Part shown: piece by piece, positions 61,801-64,000 of the stretch
How positions within the stretch are numbered: position 1 is the first letter of the stretch
Layout: each line of letters starts with the position of its first letter
From: Phoronis australis
Lineage: Eukaryota; Animalia; Phoronida
Direction: 5' to 3'
Assembly: GCA_002633005.1 (NCBI GenBank)
Contig: NMRA01000218.1
Location: 503,015 to 567,014 of the forward strand
DNA length: 64,000 nucleotides
The notes under the pieces: generated by a model
The model's input: the letters and a program-made list of their open reading frames with translations, nothing else
What the model was told of the DNA's origin: nothing
Databases searched by the model: none
Program-made: the position numbers and the translations under genes

Positions 61801-62110
61801 TCAATATTGATCAAGTTCCCAGCCTCGTGGGGTTATCTTATTTTGTGACTGTTCTTGGTATAGTACACCAACTTAATTTCATAAAAACCTACGAAAGAAA
61901 CCTGAAGTACATTCATAGGTTACTGGAGCCAAATGGCTTTAATTTTGACAGATGATGAAACTATTATTGAATTTTGAAATTTCTGGTTACATCAGTAGTG
62001 AAAATGCCATTTTATAAGGATTCCATGGTTTTGTTACTTAGTTTAAAGGAAACATGTTGAGTGATTGACTACTACCGGTAGTTCAATTAGTTGGTCTAGT
62101 CGACTCCATA

Positions 62111-62380
62111 TACCGTAAACGTTCGGGTTAACACCCTAGGCGTTTAAATTGGTAAACCCAAAAAATCGTGGGTGGTCGGTAAACCTGACATGGGCGCTTA
62201 AACGTGAAATTTCAAGAAATCCAGGGTGGGCGGTTAACCGAACATGGACGCTTATTACGACAGACAACAGATCTGGGTGGTTAATCTTACCTCGTGATCT
62301 AAGTCCCCACACGACAGACGTACTCGGGAACGTGTAGCACTTTTCAAAGCGCTTTATCGTCACGTCTCCAAATGACGGTA
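62111..62380. mobile_element. Possible TA-flanked mariner/pogo-like MITE
   Basis: TACCGTAAA ... AATGACGGTA ends; internal GGGTGG.CGGT.AACC..ACATGG.CGCTTA unit occurs twice. Confidence 0.4.
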
Positions 62381-63440
62381 AAAACTTCATAACAGCGGAT
62401 GATCCCAACAAAGGTTCTGTTGCCCTCAGATTAGTCATTCACAATTAAATTTAAAAAATTGCTAAGTAATAGACCCGTGCCATCCTGTGGTCTTGTTAGT
62501 TTGTTAGAACTGTAGTGCGCAGACGACAAGTGACCACGCAGCGCTCCACTTGGATTGCAAGCGGTGACACTGCAAAAGAGTACGCGCGTGCAAGCTTCAT
62601 GTGTTGCAGAGGTCACAGCTGACATCAAGGTTACAGTCCCGTGCTAGCTTTCAAGTTAGAGTCAGATGCAGTTTTAAAATTAGTTGTAAGAAAAACTAAT
62701 TCAAGTGTTTTTGTGTTTGAGATATTTGAAGTCGACACTCTTGACTCAATAACATTTTCACTTCCCGTTGCGCGAAACATGCTTGGGCAAGAAGTAAGAC
62801 AAGAATCTCGATAGATGCGGTGATGGGGGTGGGGGACATTGTAGTGATTGCGGCCTGCTTAGGGGTACCAAAAAGCCTGAATCTGATGCTTTGGATAATA
62901 AATAAAACGGAATTCTTGCAGTGGTGTATTGTTGAATACAATAATTGAATAAGATCGAATTAAATAGCCTAGTCTGTGTTATGTTTAAAGTAAAGCTGTT
63001 ACAGAAGATCTCCTAGTCTACCATAACTGTGTTCAGAAAGTTGCAAGATGGTATCGGTACTCTTTAGATAAGAACTGACCAGCAGTTTGTTGTTTCAGGA
63101 TTCGAATGCTCTTGATAATTTATCTGCTTCCAACATTTTTACTAGATGCTTGCAATTATAGCTTCATAGGGTACTGGCATGTACAAGATTCAAAATGACC
63201 TCCACTGTCAAAAATGAAATATCCTCTTTGTACTATATTTGGATGTTAAACGTAAACTATAAAAAGAGACTTCTATAATAATGATGAAAAAACAGTATAT
63301 GTGAAACGGAAACAAAATGGTTGTAAATTTCTACAAAATGTATAATTAAGATGAAGAAGGCAATAGCTGTGAGAAGCGCTTTTGGTTTATAATGTAAATG
63401 TAAGTTTTGGACTCATGAGACTTGTCATTGCATATTTCAG

Positions 63441-64000
63441 GATCAGGGAAGTCTGTGAAGTCCTCCCGTGCACCTAGGTCACGTCACAACTCTCGGGGAT
63501 CCACGGTAACAGAAGCAAACCAGTCACATCAGAGCTCCCGGAGAACTAGCCTTACCGATGTGGATTTAGATACCCCGCGCACTGACATCACAGAGCAAAG
63601 CTACATACAGGATATAACCACCATGAGTGATTCGTCAATCAAACGGTCAAACATGTATGCTGACCTGGTTCGGCAACAGTTACATAACGGTGATAGAGAC
63701 AATGATGCGAGCTCGCTGAAGTCTGATCGCAGTGGTTATTCGCAACGCAGCGAACGTAGTCTCATCTCTGACAAGTACCAGGGGGAAGGAGATAAACTAT
63801 ACAATGGCCAGGAACTGAGGGGGCACAACAGTAAACAGAGTAGCCGCGCTCCGAGTGGAGCGGCCAGTCTCAACGGAGAGGGGCGGGGAAGTGGTCCACA
63901 CACACCCCAGGGGAGCCAGCAGGGAAGTCGAGCGCCTAGTGTCCATGAGAATGGGAGCCGACAGGGTAGTGTGCGTGGAGAGGAACTATCTATAGCTGGT
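63441..64000 (+). CDS. Large Ser/Gly/Arg-rich, probably disordered coding exon of an unidentified gene (SGKSVKSSRAPRSRHNSRGSTVTEANQSHQSSRRTSLTDVDLDTPRTDITEQSY...SVRGEELSIAG); open to the window end
   Basis: atttcag acceptor, phase 1, 186 codons without a stop, GC higher than the flanks. Absent from the ORF track because no stop falls in the window. Confidence 0.88.

Overview
Eukaryotic, AT-rich, intron-containing DNA from a draft assembly (261-N gap at 6364-6624, single N at 26268); most likely a non-vertebrate animal (inference). Nearly all ORF-track entries are spurious, so gene models were built by reading GT-AG exons by eye. Contents in order: (1) the 5' end of an unidentified minus-strand gene with several candidate alternative first exons (762-6733); (2) a spliced typical 2-Cys peroxiredoxin, PRDX4 type (+, 12263-16278, candidate first exon 6838-6871), head-to-head with gene 1; (3) tRNA-Leu(TAA) (-, 21228-21310); (4) a complete 9-exon ARL13B (+, 21835-35999, 490 aa), with exons 2-3 present twice across a single-N join, probably two haplotypes; (5) the 5' part of an unidentified large plus-strand gene with several candidate alternative N-terminal exons (about 39.4 kb to the window end). 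Introns and intergenic DNA hold many non-autonomous DNA transposons with readable TIRs and TSDs, including two nested pairs and a 67-bp perfect-hairpin element. I found no convincing new multi-gene system. The best leads are a signal-peptide-less PRDX4 first exon, a myristoylation-ready second ATG in ARL13B, a MITE-borne RFX X-box, and the foldback/mini-hairpin transposon family.
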